Shown piece after piece: positions 19,000 through 28,964 of a stretch of 64,000 bases of DNA; the first letter of the stretch is position 1; each line of letters starts with the position of its first letter. A program made the position numbers and the translations under genes. A model generated the notes under the pieces. It was not told where the DNA came from. It was given only the letters and a program-made list of their open reading frames with translations, and did not search any database. Location of the stretch: positions 4,206 to 68,205 of the forward strand of contig CAZGRM010000001.1 in assembly GCA_964528295.1 (NCBI GenBank), given 5' to 3'. Origin of the DNA: an uncultured Lachnospiraceae bacterium (lineage in GTDB: Bacteria > Bacillota > Clostridia > Lachnospirales > Lachnospiraceae).

Positions 19000-19563
19000 T
19001 TATTTATCCTTGCGGCTCTCCAGATAGGAAGCCTTTCCTGTCTCGTAAAGATTGTTTCCCTCGCTGTCGATGATGACCACCAGGGGCATTTCCTCCACGT
19101 AAAGCTTCCGCAGGGCCTCCGCGCCCAGATCCTCGTAGGCGATCAGCTCCGCCTTCTTGATACATTTCGCCAGCAGAGCGCCCGCGCCTCCGATGGCGCC
19201 GAAGTAGACGCCGCTGTACTTCTTCATGGCCTCAATGACCTCCGGGAGTCTGGCCCCCTTTCCGATCATGCCTCTGGCGCCCACCGACATCATGGTGGGG
19301 GCGTAGGCGTCCATACGGCCACTGGTGGTGGGGCCCGCACTGCCGATGACCTGGCCCGGCTTGGCCGGGGTGGGGCCTACATAGTAGATGGTGGCGTCCG
19401 CGGGGTCAAAGGGAAGCTCCTCGCCTCTGACCAGCGCCTCACACATCCTTTTGTGTCCCGCGTCTCTGGAGGTATAAATCGTCCCGGTCAGGTAAACCGT
19501 ATCCCCCGCGTGGAGCGTCCTTGCCAGCTCCTCGGTCAATGGTAATGTAATGTGCTTTTCCAT
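19000..19563 (-). CDS. Fe-S fumarate hydratase class I, beta subunit
   Basis: RDAGHKR, GPTTSGRMD, MIGKG, DLGAEAL. Confidence 0.92.
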   Translation of the reverse strand: MEKHITLPLTEELARTLHAGDTVYLTGTIYTSRDAGHKRMCEALVRGEELPFDPADATIYYVGPTPAKPGQVIGSAGPTTSGRMDAYAPTMMSVGARGMIGKGARLPEVIEAMKKYSGVYFGAIGGAGALLAKCIKKAELIAYEDLGAEALRKLYVEEMPLVVIIDSEGNNLYETGKASYLESRKDK

Positions 19564-19564
19564 C

Positions 19565-20407
19565 TCAGATCACCTCCGTCTTGTGGCGTGTCACGTGGCA
19601 GTTAATATTGATGGCGCAGGGCATTCCCGCAATGTGGGTGGGCATGGTCTCGATATTCAGACCGATGGCCGTTGTCCTGCCGCCGAAGCCCTGGGGTCCG
19701 ATGCCCAGCTGGTTCACCTTCTCCAGCATCTCCTTTTCCAGGTCCGCGTAGAAGGGGTCCGGGTTCTCGGAATCAATGGGACGCATCAGCGCCTTCTTTG
19801 CCAGCAGCGCCGCCTTGTCAAAGGTGCCGCCGATCCCCACTCCCACCACCATGGGGGGACATGGATTGGGGCCCGCCGTCTCAACGGTCTCCAGGATGAA
19901 ATCCTTGATGCCCTGAAGTCCCGCGGAGGGCTTGAACATACGGATGGCGCTCATATTTTCGCTGCCGAAGCCCTTGGGGCCCACCGTTACCTTGATCTGC
20001 TCTCCCGGCACGATCTCCGTGTACAGCATGGCCGGAGTGTTGTCCCCCGTGTTGCCCCGGCGCACCGGGTCCCTCACCACGGACTTGCGCAGATAGCCCT
20101 TGTCGTATCCTCTGCGCACACCCTCGTTCACCGCCTCTGTCAGATCGCCGCCCGCGATATGCACGTCCTGGCCGATCTCCAGAAATACGCAGGCCATTCC
20201 TGTGTCCTGACAGATGGGCACGCACTGTCCGTCAGCGATCTCAAAATTGTCAATGATCTTGTCCAGCACATCCTGGGCGATGGGCCAGTCCTCCCGGGCC
20301 CGGCAGCTCTTGATGGCACATTTCACGTCCTCCGGCAGATGCTCATTTGCCGCGATACACAGCCGCTCCACCACGTCGGTGATGGCGCTTGCCTGAATTT
20401 CTCTCAT
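19565..20407 (-). CDS. Fe-S fumarate hydratase class I, alpha subunit
   Basis: [37 protein letters not shown]. Confidence 0.93.
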   Translation of the reverse strand: MREIQASAITDVVERLCIAANEHLPEDVKCAIKSCRAREDWPIAQDVLDKIIDNFEIADGQCVPICQDTGMACVFLEIGQDVHIAGGDLTEAVNEGVRRGYDKGYLRKSVVRDPVRRGNTGDNTPAMLYTEIVPGEQIKVTVGPKGFGSENMSAIRMFKPSAGLQGIKDFILETVETAGPNPCPPMVVGVGIGGTFDKAALLAKKALMRPIDSENPDPFYADLEKEMLEKVNQLGIGPQGFGGRTTAIGLNIETMPTHIAGMPCAININCHVTRHKTEVI

Positions 20408-20491
20408 GGGAATCCCTCCTTTTTTATTATCCGGCAGCCCGGAAGGCTCGTTTTAGACCCTTTCCGGGCATACTCTCACAGTAATAATCGC

Positions 20492-22156
20492 TTATTTATG
20501 ACGCTTTGCGGTATAATCCGGAAGCAGCATGGGTGACACGAGGTCGGTATGCAGATCCGCGGCCTCCAGCTCCCGGGCGTACTCCGCCACATGCTTCAGG
20601 GTCATCTCGCCCAGCTCCACCTCAGCGGCCTTCCTTGCCGCCGCTTTTCCCGCGTTTCTTCCAAATACAATAATATCAAGAAGTGAATTGCCCATCAAGC
20701 GGTTTCTTCCGTGGATTCCTCCCACGGCCTCTCCCGCCACCAGCAGATTGTCGATGACCTTTGTGAAGCCGTCGCCGCCGATCTCCAGACCGCCGTTCTG
20801 GTAGTGGAGGGTGGGGTAAATCAGGATGGGCACCTTTCTCATATCGATGCCGTAGTTCAGGTACATCCGCAGCATGGCCGGAATCCGCTTCTCGATGGTC
20901 CCCTCGCCGTGGATCAACTCGATCATGGGCGTATCCAGCCAGATGCCCCAGCCGTCCGGGGTGGGCACGCCCTTGCCCCGCTCCCTGCACTCCCGGATAA
21001 TGGAGGCCGCGGACACGTCCCGGGTCTCCAGGGGATGCATGAAGGCCACGCCGTCCACGTTCACCAGCATGGCGCCCAGGGAGCGAACCTTCTCCGTCAC
21101 CAGCGCTCCGAAAATCTGCGCCGGGTAAGCCACTCCTGTGGGATGGTACTGGATCGTATCCTGATACAGGAGAGGCGCTCCCGCGCGGTAGCCCAGGATC
21201 AGTCCGTCCGCCGTGGCTCCGTAATGGTTGGAGGTGGGGAAGCCCTGGTAATGCAGTCTTCCCGCTCCGCCTGTGGCGATGATCACCGTCTTTGCCCGGG
21301 CGATCTGGTACTCGTTCGTCTCCATGTTCAGCAGAACGGCTCCCGCCGCCTGGCCCTTGTCATCCTTAATCAATTCCACCGCGGAGGTGAACTCCACCAC
21401 CGGGATCTTCCGGTTCAGCACCTCGTCCCGCAGAGTACGCATGATCTCCGCGCCGGAGTAATCCTTGCAGGCATGCATTCTCTTTCTGGAGGTTCCGCCG
21501 CCGTGGGTGGTCACCATGGTGCCCTCCGCATCCTTATCAAACATCACGCCCAGCTCATTCAGCCAGCGGATGGCATCCGGGGCTTCCATCACCAGACGGC
21601 GCAGCAGCTCCGGCCTGGCCGCAAAGTGTCCGCCGCCGAAGGCGTCCAGGTAATGCTGTACCGGAGAGTCGTTCTCCTTGTCCGCCGCCTGGATGCCGCC
21701 CTCCGCCATCATGGTGTTCGCATCGCCGATGCGAAGCTTCGTCACCATCATCACGTTGGCTCCCGCCTCATGGGCCTCGATGGCCGCGGAGGCTCCTGCC
21801 CCGCCGCCGCCGATTACCAGCACGTCCACATCGTAGTCCACCTTTGTGAAGCGGATTTCCGCATCGCCGTACATGGGGCGCTTCTCCTCGTCCCCGCTCT
21901 TTGCGCCCAGATCAAAGCTGGCGTTCAGCAGACGGCTGTTAGAGTGAAGCAGGTTTACCAGCTCCGCCGGAGCCTTCTCTCCCTTGTTGGGTCCGATTTT
22001 AATCTCGGCGAATCCCTCGGAGCTGTAGTCCGGGTGGAATTTTTTCAGCAGCTCGTCCTTCTCCTTGGCCGTCATTCTGCGAGGCTCCATGCCCAGACGC
22101 TCCGCTCTGGTTGCCTCTACCTTCTTTATGGATTCCAGCATCTCTGTAGTCAACAT
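20492..22156 (-). CDS. Soluble fumarate reductase/succinate dehydrogenase-type flavoprotein
   Basis: GGGGAG, ATGG, QYHPTG, TEKVR, ETRD, LHYQNGG, HGRNRLMGNSL dicarboxylate-site motifs. Confidence 0.88.
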   Translation of the reverse strand: MLTTEMLESIKKVEATRAERLGMEPRRMTAKEKDELLKKFHPDYSSEGFAEIKIGPNKGEKAPAELVNLLHSNSRLLNASFDLGAKSGDEEKRPMYGDAEIRFTKVDYDVDVLVIGGGGAGASAAIEAHEAGANVMMVTKLRIGDANTMMAEGGIQAADKENDSPVQHYLDAFGGGHFAARPELLRRLVMEAPDAIRWLNELGVMFDKDAEGTMVTTHGGGTSRKRMHACKDYSGAEIMRTLRDEVLNRKIPVVEFTSAVELIKDDKGQAAGAVLLNMETNEYQIARAKTVIIATGGAGRLHYQGFPTSNHYGATADGLILGYRAGAPLLYQDTIQYHPTGVAYPAQIFGALVTEKVRSLGAMLVNVDGVAFMHPLETRDVSAASIIRECRERGKGVPTPDGWGIWLDTPMIELIHGEGTIEKRIPAMLRMYLNYGIDMRKVPILIYPTLHYQNGGLEIGGDGFTKVIDNLLVAGEAVGGIHGRNRLMGNSLLDIIVFGRNAGKAAARKAAEVELGEMTLKHVAEYARELEAADLHTDLVSPMLLPDYTAKRHK

Positions 22157-22168
22157 GGCCGCCCCTCC

Positions 22169-22843
22169 TTATTTCTCAATCTCTCTTGTGTTATACAGCT
22201 CCTGCATCTCCTCTATGGGCTTCTGCATGATCTGCTGGATCAGGTCATCGTACTCTCCGTGGTTGATTTCCTCCACCCGTTTTTTCAGATGCTCCGTCTC
22301 CGGCGCAATGTATTTTCCGGTGAGGCGTCTTGCCAGCAGGCCCACCATGGGATGGGAGATGCCGGCCGGACATCGGGAGGAGCACACGCCGCAGCTTACG
22401 CAGTCGAAGGACTCCTCGGCACATTTCTCAAATTCTCCCCGCTGGGCGTAGGCGATGTACTGCATCACATTCAGGCTCTGGGTACAGGCCTTGGTACAGG
22501 CGTTGCAGCCGATGCAGCTATAGATTTCCGGGTACAGCTCCATCATGATCTGCTCTGTGGGACGGATGTCTTTGATGTCGTAGGTCCGCTTGTCGGTGGG
22601 GAAGAAGGGCAGGCTGGCTACGTACATTCCTTCCTCCACCTGGGTCTGACAGGCCAGACAGGTCTTCAGCTCGTTGTTTCCTTTGATTCTGTATATGGTG
22701 GCGCAGGCGCCGCAGAAGCCGTGGCGGCAGCCGCAGCCCCGCACCAGCTTGTATCCGGCGTACTCCATCGCGTTCATGATTGTAAGATCCGCCGGCACCT
22801 GATACCGCTTCCCATAGAAATAAACATTCACTAATTTTTCCAT
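22169..22843 (-). CDS. Fumarate reductase-type iron-sulfur subunit ([2Fe-2S] + 2x[4Fe-4S])
   Basis: GCRHGFCGAC...LACQ; CIGCNACTKAC; CVSCGVCSSRCP. Confidence 0.88.
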   Translation of the reverse strand: MEKLVNVYFYGKRYQVPADLTIMNAMEYAGYKLVRGCGCRHGFCGACATIYRIKGNNELKTCLACQTQVEEGMYVASLPFFPTDKRTYDIKDIRPTEQIMMELYPEIYSCIGCNACTKACTQSLNVMQYIAYAQRGEFEKCAEESFDCVSCGVCSSRCPAGISHPMVGLLARRLTGKYIAPETEHLKKRVEEINHGEYDDLIQQIMQKPIEEMQELYNTREIEK

Positions 22844-22883
22844 GAATTTCACCGCATATCCTTTCCTATTTTTTTCTCCGGAC

Positions 22884-23047
22884 GTTCGTCGCGGCAGGCC
22901 ACAGACCCGCCGGCTTCGCCGGCTATCCGCCGCTTCGCGGCTCCTGTCTGTGGCTTGATGGGCATTCTGCCCATCCCAAAGAAGAAATACAGCCCTTAGC
23001 AAGCAAGCTTGCACGGTCTGTCTTTCTTCTTTGCTGCCGCGCTGAAC
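22884..23047. repeat. Multibranch palindromic intergenic element (REP/MITE-like or structured RNA)
   Basis: Outer stem CGCGGCAG/CTGCCGCG enclosing GCCACAGAC/GTCTGTGGC (with two TTC-loop hairpins), GATGGGCA/TGCCCATC and AAAGAAGAAATACAG/CTGTCTTTCTTCTTT. Confidence 0.75.
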
Positions 23048-23053
23048 TGTTGA

Positions 23054-23974
23054 TCAATATTCATTCGGAAGCTCGTCGATTTCGTCGCAGCGGAAGACCG
23101 GGCCGTCTTTGCAGACGTACTTGGATCCGATGTTGCAGCGGCCGCATTTGCCCACTCCGCACTTCATTCGAAGCTCCAGGGTGGTGTAGACCTGCTCCTT
23201 GGAGAAGCCCAGCTCCTGCAGACCTGCCAGAACGAATTTGATCATGATCGGCGGCCCGCAGATCAGGGCGACCTTATTTACATCCAGTCCCAGCTCCTTC
23301 ACATAGTTGGGGACGAAGCCTACGTGGCCGTCCCAGCCCTCCTGGGGCCGGTCGATGGTCAGGTGGACGTTGACTCCCTCCGTCTTCATCCAGACCTCCT
23401 GGATCTCCTTCAGCTGCACCAGGTCGTCCGCGGACCGGGAACCGTAAACGATATCCACGGTGCCGTAGTCGGAACGGTTGTCCAGCACATAGTTAATCAC
23501 GGAGCGCAGCGGAGCCAGTCCGATGCCTCCGGCGATGAACAGAAGGTTTTTCCCCTTCAGCTCCGTCTCCACCGGGAAGTGATTGCCGTAGGGCCCCCGG
23601 ACCATGATCTCATCCCCCACCTCCATGCTGTGGAGATAGTTGGTGAGCACACCGCAGCTCTTGATGCTGAACTCCTGATACTCCTTATTCGTGGGGGAGG
23701 AGGTGATGGAAAACATGCCCTCGCTGACCCCCGGCACACAGACCATGGCGCACTGGCCCGGCATATGCTCAAACAGCTTGCCGCCCTCCGGCGCGTTTAC
23801 CCGGAAGGTCTTCACATCCGGCGTCTCCTGCCGGATATCCGTGATCACCCCCACCATAGGGATCAAGGTGTCACGCATAAAACCAGGGTGACAAACGCAG
23901 CCATCCGCCGCTTTGTTCCCATCAAAAACCACCCCGCTCTTCTTCTCCAAATCCATACCGCTCTTTTCCGTCAT
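23054..23974 (-). CDS. FAD/NAD(P)-binding oxidoreductase with [2Fe-2S] (FlxA/AsrB/HydG-like)
   Basis: RGPYGN, IAGGIGLAP, CGPPIM, MKCGVGKCGRC, VCKDGPVF. Confidence 0.9.
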   Translation of the reverse strand: MTEKSGMDLEKKSGVVFDGNKAADGCVCHPGFMRDTLIPMVGVITDIRQETPDVKTFRVNAPEGGKLFEHMPGQCAMVCVPGVSEGMFSITSSPTNKEYQEFSIKSCGVLTNYLHSMEVGDEIMVRGPYGNHFPVETELKGKNLLFIAGGIGLAPLRSVINYVLDNRSDYGTVDIVYGSRSADDLVQLKEIQEVWMKTEGVNVHLTIDRPQEGWDGHVGFVPNYVKELGLDVNKVALICGPPIMIKFVLAGLQELGFSKEQVYTTLELRMKCGVGKCGRCNIGSKYVCKDGPVFRCDEIDELPNEY

Positions 23975-25089
23975 GCCTGCTCACCTCCCGCCTTTTTCTC
24001 CGCCGAAGCGGCAAAGCTCTTAATGACCTTCACGATATTCAACGACGCCGGGCACTTGCTCACGCACCGTCCGCAGCCCACGCAGGAATACATTCCATCG
24101 TTGTTGGCCGGGAAGTACACCAGCTTGTGCATAAACCGCTGACGGAACCGCTGAAGCTGGCTGGTGCGGTTGTTGCCGTGGGCCATCATGGTAAAGTCAG
24201 AATACATACAGGAATCCCAGCAGCGGTAACGCTTCACGCCCTTTCCCGTGTCATAATCCTTAATGTCGTAGCACTGGCAGGTGGGGCACACAAAGGTGCA
24301 GGTGCCGCAGGCCAGACAGGGCTTGTAAAGCTCCTCCCAGTTGGGAGCGTTGAATTTCTCCTCGGTGGCGCTGCCATCCCAGCCCTCCAGGGAAAGATTG
24401 GAATAGGGAAGCTGCTTCACGATACCTCGGATCTTTGCCTTTTCCCCATCAAGCTCCGCCTCCCGCGCGTCCTGAAGCTCCGCCGGGCCGCCCTCCAAAA
24501 GCTGGGCCGTAAGCCCCTCGCCCTTCTCCGTCATGGGCTTCCAGTACAGGTCCTCCTCCGTCATCCAGGCCGCCACGTCCGCCGCCGGATCGGCGCAGTC
24601 GATGCCGAATACCTTACAGAAGCAGGTCTCCTCCGGCTCCTGGCAGGCCAGGGCCACGATGGTGCCGTGGGCCCGTCTGGCCGCATAAAAGCTGTCCACC
24701 GGCTCCGCCAAAAATACCCGGTCCAGCACCTCGATTCCCTTCACGTCACACGCCTTCATGCCGAAGACCACAAACCGCCGGTTTTTCAGCTCCTCCGGTT
24801 CCACGGAAAGCTTTTTGCCCTCCCGGTAGCAGGAGTACAGCGTCTCGCTCTGGGGAAAGAAGGCATCCTTGGGGGACTTGGCGGACTTCAGCGTCATGAG
24901 GTCCACCTGAGCCTCCTCCGACCACACCTTAAAATTCACCTGCCCCGATTCCCTCACCGGGACAATCAGCTCCTGCTTCGCCGCTATGGCCTTAAGCAGG
25001 GATGGAATCCTATCTTTTTTTACCTTGTAAATCTTCCCGCGGTTTTCTCCCGCGGTCTCACCGTTCATGCAAACCGTATCTTTGCTCAT
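23971..25089 (-). CDS. 4Fe-4S protein (FlxB/AsrA-like)
   Basis: CLACGTCTFVCPTCQC, RCWDSC, RFRQRFMHK, CVGCGRCVSKCP. Confidence 0.9.
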   Translation of the reverse strand: MSKDTVCMNGETAGENRGKIYKVKKDRIPSLLKAIAAKQELIVPVRESGQVNFKVWSEEAQVDLMTLKSAKSPKDAFFPQSETLYSCYREGKKLSVEPEELKNRRFVVFGMKACDVKGIEVLDRVFLAEPVDSFYAARRAHGTIVALACQEPEETCFCKVFGIDCADPAADVAAWMTEEDLYWKPMTEKGEGLTAQLLEGGPAELQDAREAELDGEKAKIRGIVKQLPYSNLSLEGWDGSATEEKFNAPNWEELYKPCLACGTCTFVCPTCQCYDIKDYDTGKGVKRYRCWDSCMYSDFTMMAHGNNRTSQLQRFRQRFMHKLVYFPANNDGMYSCVGCGRCVSKCPASLNIVKVIKSFAASAEKKAGGEQA

Positions 25090-25105
25090 ACTTCCATCCC
25101 CCTCT

Positions 25106-26152
25106 CTACAGCGTACCCGGCTCCGCGTCACCGAAGGTGAAGTCCGTCAGCGGCGTCTCGCCCTCTGCCGAGGCCCCGGCCTGGTACTCCCCGTACAGCG
25201 TGTCGATGTCCTTGATAAATTTCCGGTTGAAGAGATGAAGAGGAATCCCCTGGGGGCATACCCGGCTGCACTCGCCGCAGTCCGTACACCGTCCGGCCAC
25301 ATGGAAGGCCCGGATGATGTGGAACATCTGCTCCTCAAAGGTATCCGCGTTGGCCTTCTGGGCCGAATCAAATTTGTTGCTGTCGAATACGCACTTCCGG
25401 CAGCTGCACGCGGGACAGACGTTCCGGCAGGCGTTGCACCGGATGCACCGGGACAGCTCATTCTGGAAAAAGGCAAACCGCTCCTCCGGGCTCATGGCCT
25501 CGATCCGCTCCACCTCGGCAAACCGCTCCTCGTCCTTCGTATCCAGGGAATCGCCCATCAGCTCGTCGTAAACCTTGTGCTCCTTACCCTTGCACACGTG
25601 GCAGCGGCCCAGCAGCGCCTCGCCGCGGCCGCACTCCTTCTCCCCGTAGATGGTGTCAAACAGCAGCTTCCCTGCTTCCAGGTTTTCCTCCCTCACCGCC
25701 TTGACGCCCTTGATTCCCTTTTCATTTATCTTATTGATATCCAGCTTTCCGCGGCAGCCCACGCCGATGATGTAGGCCTTCTCCCGGACCACCCGGTGCT
25801 CCATCAGAAGCTGGTTGAAGCTGTAGGTATCGCAGGGCTTCAAAAACACCAGGGTCCGTCCCTCCTGCCTGGAAGCTTCGATCATATATTTGCTGAGGTT
25901 GGCTCCGCAGAATCCGTCATAGACGAACTCCCCAAGCTCCTCCTCCTTCTCAAAATAGCCCGGCTCCGGATTGTAGCCCAGGTCGCCCTTCTTCCAGCCC
26001 AGTACCCGCCGCACCTGGCCCGCCGCCAGCAGCTCTTTCGCCCGGGACACCAGCGCCTGCTCCAGCTCTTTTCCGCTCAGACCGGCCGTCTCCTTTCCTT
26101 CTTCCGCCGCGAAGGACTCTGCCTCTGCGGAAACCTTTACTGTCTCTTGCAT
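25106..26152 (-). CDS. 4Fe-4S protein (FlxC-like)
   Basis: KPCD, CIRCNACRNVCPACSC, HVAGRCTDCGECSRVCP. Confidence 0.88.
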   Translation of the reverse strand: MQETVKVSAEAESFAAEEGKETAGLSGKELEQALVSRAKELLAAGQVRRVLGWKKGDLGYNPEPGYFEKEEELGEFVYDGFCGANLSKYMIEASRQEGRTLVFLKPCDTYSFNQLLMEHRVVREKAYIIGVGCRGKLDINKINEKGIKGVKAVREENLEAGKLLFDTIYGEKECGRGEALLGRCHVCKGKEHKVYDELMGDSLDTKDEERFAEVERIEAMSPEERFAFFQNELSRCIRCNACRNVCPACSCRKCVFDSNKFDSAQKANADTFEEQMFHIIRAFHVAGRCTDCGECSRVCPQGIPLHLFNRKFIKDIDTLYGEYQAGASAEGETPLTDFTFGDAEPGTL

Positions 26153-26580
26153 CTCAAGTCCTCCAATCTCACATTTTCTCCCAGGGAGTGGATCTTCTCC
26201 ACAAACTCATTCATCGTCTGGGAAAATTTCACGCCCTCCGCCGCCGATACCCATTCCACACGGGTTCTTCCGTCCTCGATGCCCAGGAAGTGGAGCATGG
26301 AAAACAGCAGCGTCATTCTTCTCCTGGCGTAGTAGTTTCCGGTGCTGTAATGGCAGTCTCCCGGATGGCAGCCGCAGAGGATCACTCCGTCCGCTCCCTT
26401 CTGGAAGGCCCGCAGGATAAACATGGGGTTTACCCGGCAGGAACAGGGCACCCGGATGATCTTCACGTCCGCCGGGTAGCTCAGACGGCTGCTTCCCGCC
26501 AGGTCCGCCCCGGCATAGCTGCACCAGTTGCAGCAGAACGCCACGATTTTCGGTCTGAATTCCTTATTTTCTATCGACAT
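26137..26580 (-). CDS. mvhD: MvhD/FlxD [2Fe-2S] subunit
   Basis: FCCNWCSYAGADLAG, VPCSCR, GCHPGDCHY, EWVSAAEG. Confidence 0.92.
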   Translation of the reverse strand: MSIENKEFRPKIVAFCCNWCSYAGADLAGSSRLSYPADVKIIRVPCSCRVNPMFILRAFQKGADGVILCGCHPGDCHYSTGNYYARRRMTLLFSMLHFLGIEDGRTRVEWVSAAEGVKFSQTMNEFVEKIHSLGENVRLEDLRCKRQ

Positions 26581-28571
26581 ATCGCATCTACCTCCGCTAA
26601 AATCTGCCTGTTGGAGAAGCCCTGCAGGTCCATGGCTCCCGACGGACACGTCACGGTACAAGCGCCGCAGCCCTGACACAGAGCGCTGTTCACCACTGCG
26701 ATACGGCGTGTCTCGCGGATTCCGTGGTCGTTCACTTCCTTCTCCTCATAGCTGATCGCGCCGTAGGGGCATACCCGGGCGCAGTTGGAGCAGCCGTTGC
26801 ACAGCAGCTCGTCGGAGCGGGCCGTGCAGGGGTTGGTGGTCAGCTTATCCTTGGCCAGAAGCCCAATGGCCTTCACAGCCGCCGCTCCCGCCTGGGCCAC
26901 CGTCTCCGGGATATCCTTCGGTCCCTGGCAGACGCCGGAGAGGAAGACTCCCGCTGTGGGTGACTCCACAGGACGAAGCTTCGGATGGGCCTCGGTGAGG
27001 AAGTTGTTGGTGTCGATGCTGGCGGTCAGCATGGTGGCCAGATTCCGCACGGAGGGGTCCGGCTCAATGGCGGCGGCCAGCACTACCATATCGGTCTTCA
27101 TCAATATTTGACGGTTGTCGATCAGATCGGAGGCCTGCACCAGCAGTCCGCCCTCCACCTCGGCCACCTTGCCCACCTGGCCTTTGATGTAGTGGACGCC
27201 GTACTCCTCCACGGCCCGGCGGTAAAATTCATCGAAATTCTTGCCCGGCGTACGCACGTCAATGTAAAACACCGTCACATCCACATCCGGGTATTTGTCC
27301 CGGATCAGCATGGCGTGCTTCGCCGTGTACATGCAGCAGATCTTGGAGCAGTAGCTCTTGTCCCGGCAGGTCTGACCCCGGGAGCCCACGCACTGGATAA
27401 ATACCATGGACTTGGGCGGCTTGTGGTCGGACATTTTCTCCAGATGGCCCTTGGTGGGGCCCGCCGCGTTCATGATCCGCTCCAGCTCCAGGGACGTGAT
27501 CACGTCCGGGCTCTGGCTGTAGGAATACTCATCAAACTTGTCCAGCTTGATCATATCGAAGCCCGTCGCCGCGACGATCGCTCCGTATTTCTCTGTGATG
27601 ATCTCGTCCTTCTGGTCATAATCAATGGCTCCGGCCTGGCAGACCTTGGAGCAGACGCCGCATTTTCCGGTCTTAAACTTGATGCAGTGCTCCCTGTCGA
27701 TCACCGGCACATTGGGGATGGCCTGGGCGAAGGGGGTGTAGATGGCGCTTCTCGTATTCAGTCCCCGGTTGAACTCGTTGGGGGCCTTCTTGGAGGGGCA
27801 TTTCTCCTGACAGACGCCGCAGCCGGTGCACTTGCTCATGTCCACGCTTCTGGCCTTCTTGCGGATGTCCACGGTGAAATCTCCCACGAAGCCGCTGATT
27901 TTTTCCACTTCGCTGTATGTATAGATCGTAATATTCTCATGGGCCGCCGCCTCCACCATCTTCGGGGTCAGGATACAGGCGGAGCAGTCCAGGGTGGGGA
28001 AGGTCTTGTCCAGCTGAGACATCCTTCCTCCGATGCTGGGGGTCTTTTCCACGATATCCACCGGGTAGCCCGCCTCGGCAATGTCGAGAGCCGTCTGGAT
28101 TCCGGCGATCCCTCCGCCGATCACCAGCGCCCGCTTCGTTACCCGGCTCTCCCCCGGCTTCAGCGGCGCGTTCAGATTCACCTTGGCGATGGCCGCTCTT
28201 GCCAGAATGACCGCCTTCTCCGTGGCCTCCTGCATGTCCTTGTGAATCCAGGAGCAGTGCTCGCGGATGTTGGCGATCTCCACCATGTAGGGGTTGATCC
28301 CGGCCCGCTCCGCGGCCTTCCGAAAGGTGGCCTCGTGCATACGGGGCGAACAGGAACAGACAACCACGGCGGTCAATGATTTTTCCCGGATAGCGGCGGC
28401 GATCTTCGCCTGGCCCGCCTCGGAACACATATATTGATAATCCTCCGCATGAACCACACCCGGCTCCAGCCTTGCCATCTCCACCACCCTGGTCACATCG
28501 ACGGTGGCGGCAATGTTGCTGCCGCAGTGGCATACAAAAACACCTATTCTTTGCAATGTAGTTTCCTCCAT
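26571..28571 (-). CDS. hdrA: Heterodisulfide reductase subunit A (bifurcating flavoprotein)
   Basis: VFVCHCGSNI, CSCSPRMHE, NIREHCSW, GGGIAG, KTFPTLDCSACI, QCVGSR, YCSKICC. Confidence 0.95.
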   Translation of the reverse strand: MEETTLQRIGVFVCHCGSNIAATVDVTRVVEMARLEPGVVHAEDYQYMCSEAGQAKIAAAIREKSLTAVVVCSCSPRMHEATFRKAAERAGINPYMVEIANIREHCSWIHKDMQEATEKAVILARAAIAKVNLNAPLKPGESRVTKRALVIGGGIAGIQTALDIAEAGYPVDIVEKTPSIGGRMSQLDKTFPTLDCSACILTPKMVEAAAHENITIYTYSEVEKISGFVGDFTVDIRKKARSVDMSKCTGCGVCQEKCPSKKAPNEFNRGLNTRSAIYTPFAQAIPNVPVIDREHCIKFKTGKCGVCSKVCQAGAIDYDQKDEIITEKYGAIVAATGFDMIKLDKFDEYSYSQSPDVITSLELERIMNAAGPTKGHLEKMSDHKPPKSMVFIQCVGSRGQTCRDKSYCSKICCMYTAKHAMLIRDKYPDVDVTVFYIDVRTPGKNFDEFYRRAVEEYGVHYIKGQVGKVAEVEGGLLVQASDLIDNRQILMKTDMVVLAAAIEPDPSVRNLATMLTASIDTNNFLTEAHPKLRPVESPTAGVFLSGVCQGPKDIPETVAQAGAAAVKAIGLLAKDKLTTNPCTARSDELLCNGCSNCARVCPYGAISYEEKEVNDHGIRETRRIAVVNSALCQGCGACTVTCPSGAMDLQGFSNRQILAEVDAICR

Positions 28572-28964
28572 TTATTTCGTATATTTCCGAAACGCGCTGA
28601 CTAATAACTGCTGGGGAAGCTCCGGGTCCAAACGCTCCGGGATCTCATCCGGTGTCAGATAATTCTGTCCCTTCTCCCGGATCACGGTCAGGCGCACCGC
28701 CTCAATCAGCTTTCCGGGCTTCACATCCCTGGGACAGCGCTGCACGCAGGCAAAGCAGGAGAGGCATTTCCACAGGGAATTGGTTTTCTGGAGGGCCTCA
28801 ATATCTCCCCGGTCCACGTAGGATACGAACTGGTGGGGCTTGATCTCCATCTCCCCCGCCACCGGACAGGAGGCCGTACATTTTCCGCATTTCATGCATT
28901 TCCTGGGATCCACTCCGCTGATCCGCTCGATCTGTTCCTTCAAAAGCTTTGCTGAACTGCTCAT
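28572..28964 (-). CDS. hdrC: Heterodisulfide reductase subunit C
   Basis: CMKCGKCTASCP and WKCLSCFACVQRCP; lies between hdrB and hdrA. Confidence 0.9.
   Translation of the reverse strand: MSSSAKLLKEQIERISGVDPRKCMKCGKCTASCPVAGEMEIKPHQFVSYVDRGDIEALQKTNSLWKCLSCFACVQRCPRDVKPGKLIEAVRLTVIREKGQNYLTPDEIPERLDPELPQQLLVSAFRKYTK

Noticed and set aside
20711-22834. 707-aa plus-strand ORF (similarly 11877-13223, 26985-28379, 46000-47994, 50519-52507, and 54793-56598 on the minus strand)
   Set aside because: Antisense shadows of well-supported genes, expected from high GC3 codon bias; no family motifs
23054-25089. Anaerobic sulfite reductase AsrAB or sulfhydrogenase
   Set aside because: No AsrC siroheme subunit or NiFe large subunit; the hdr/mvhD context fits Flx
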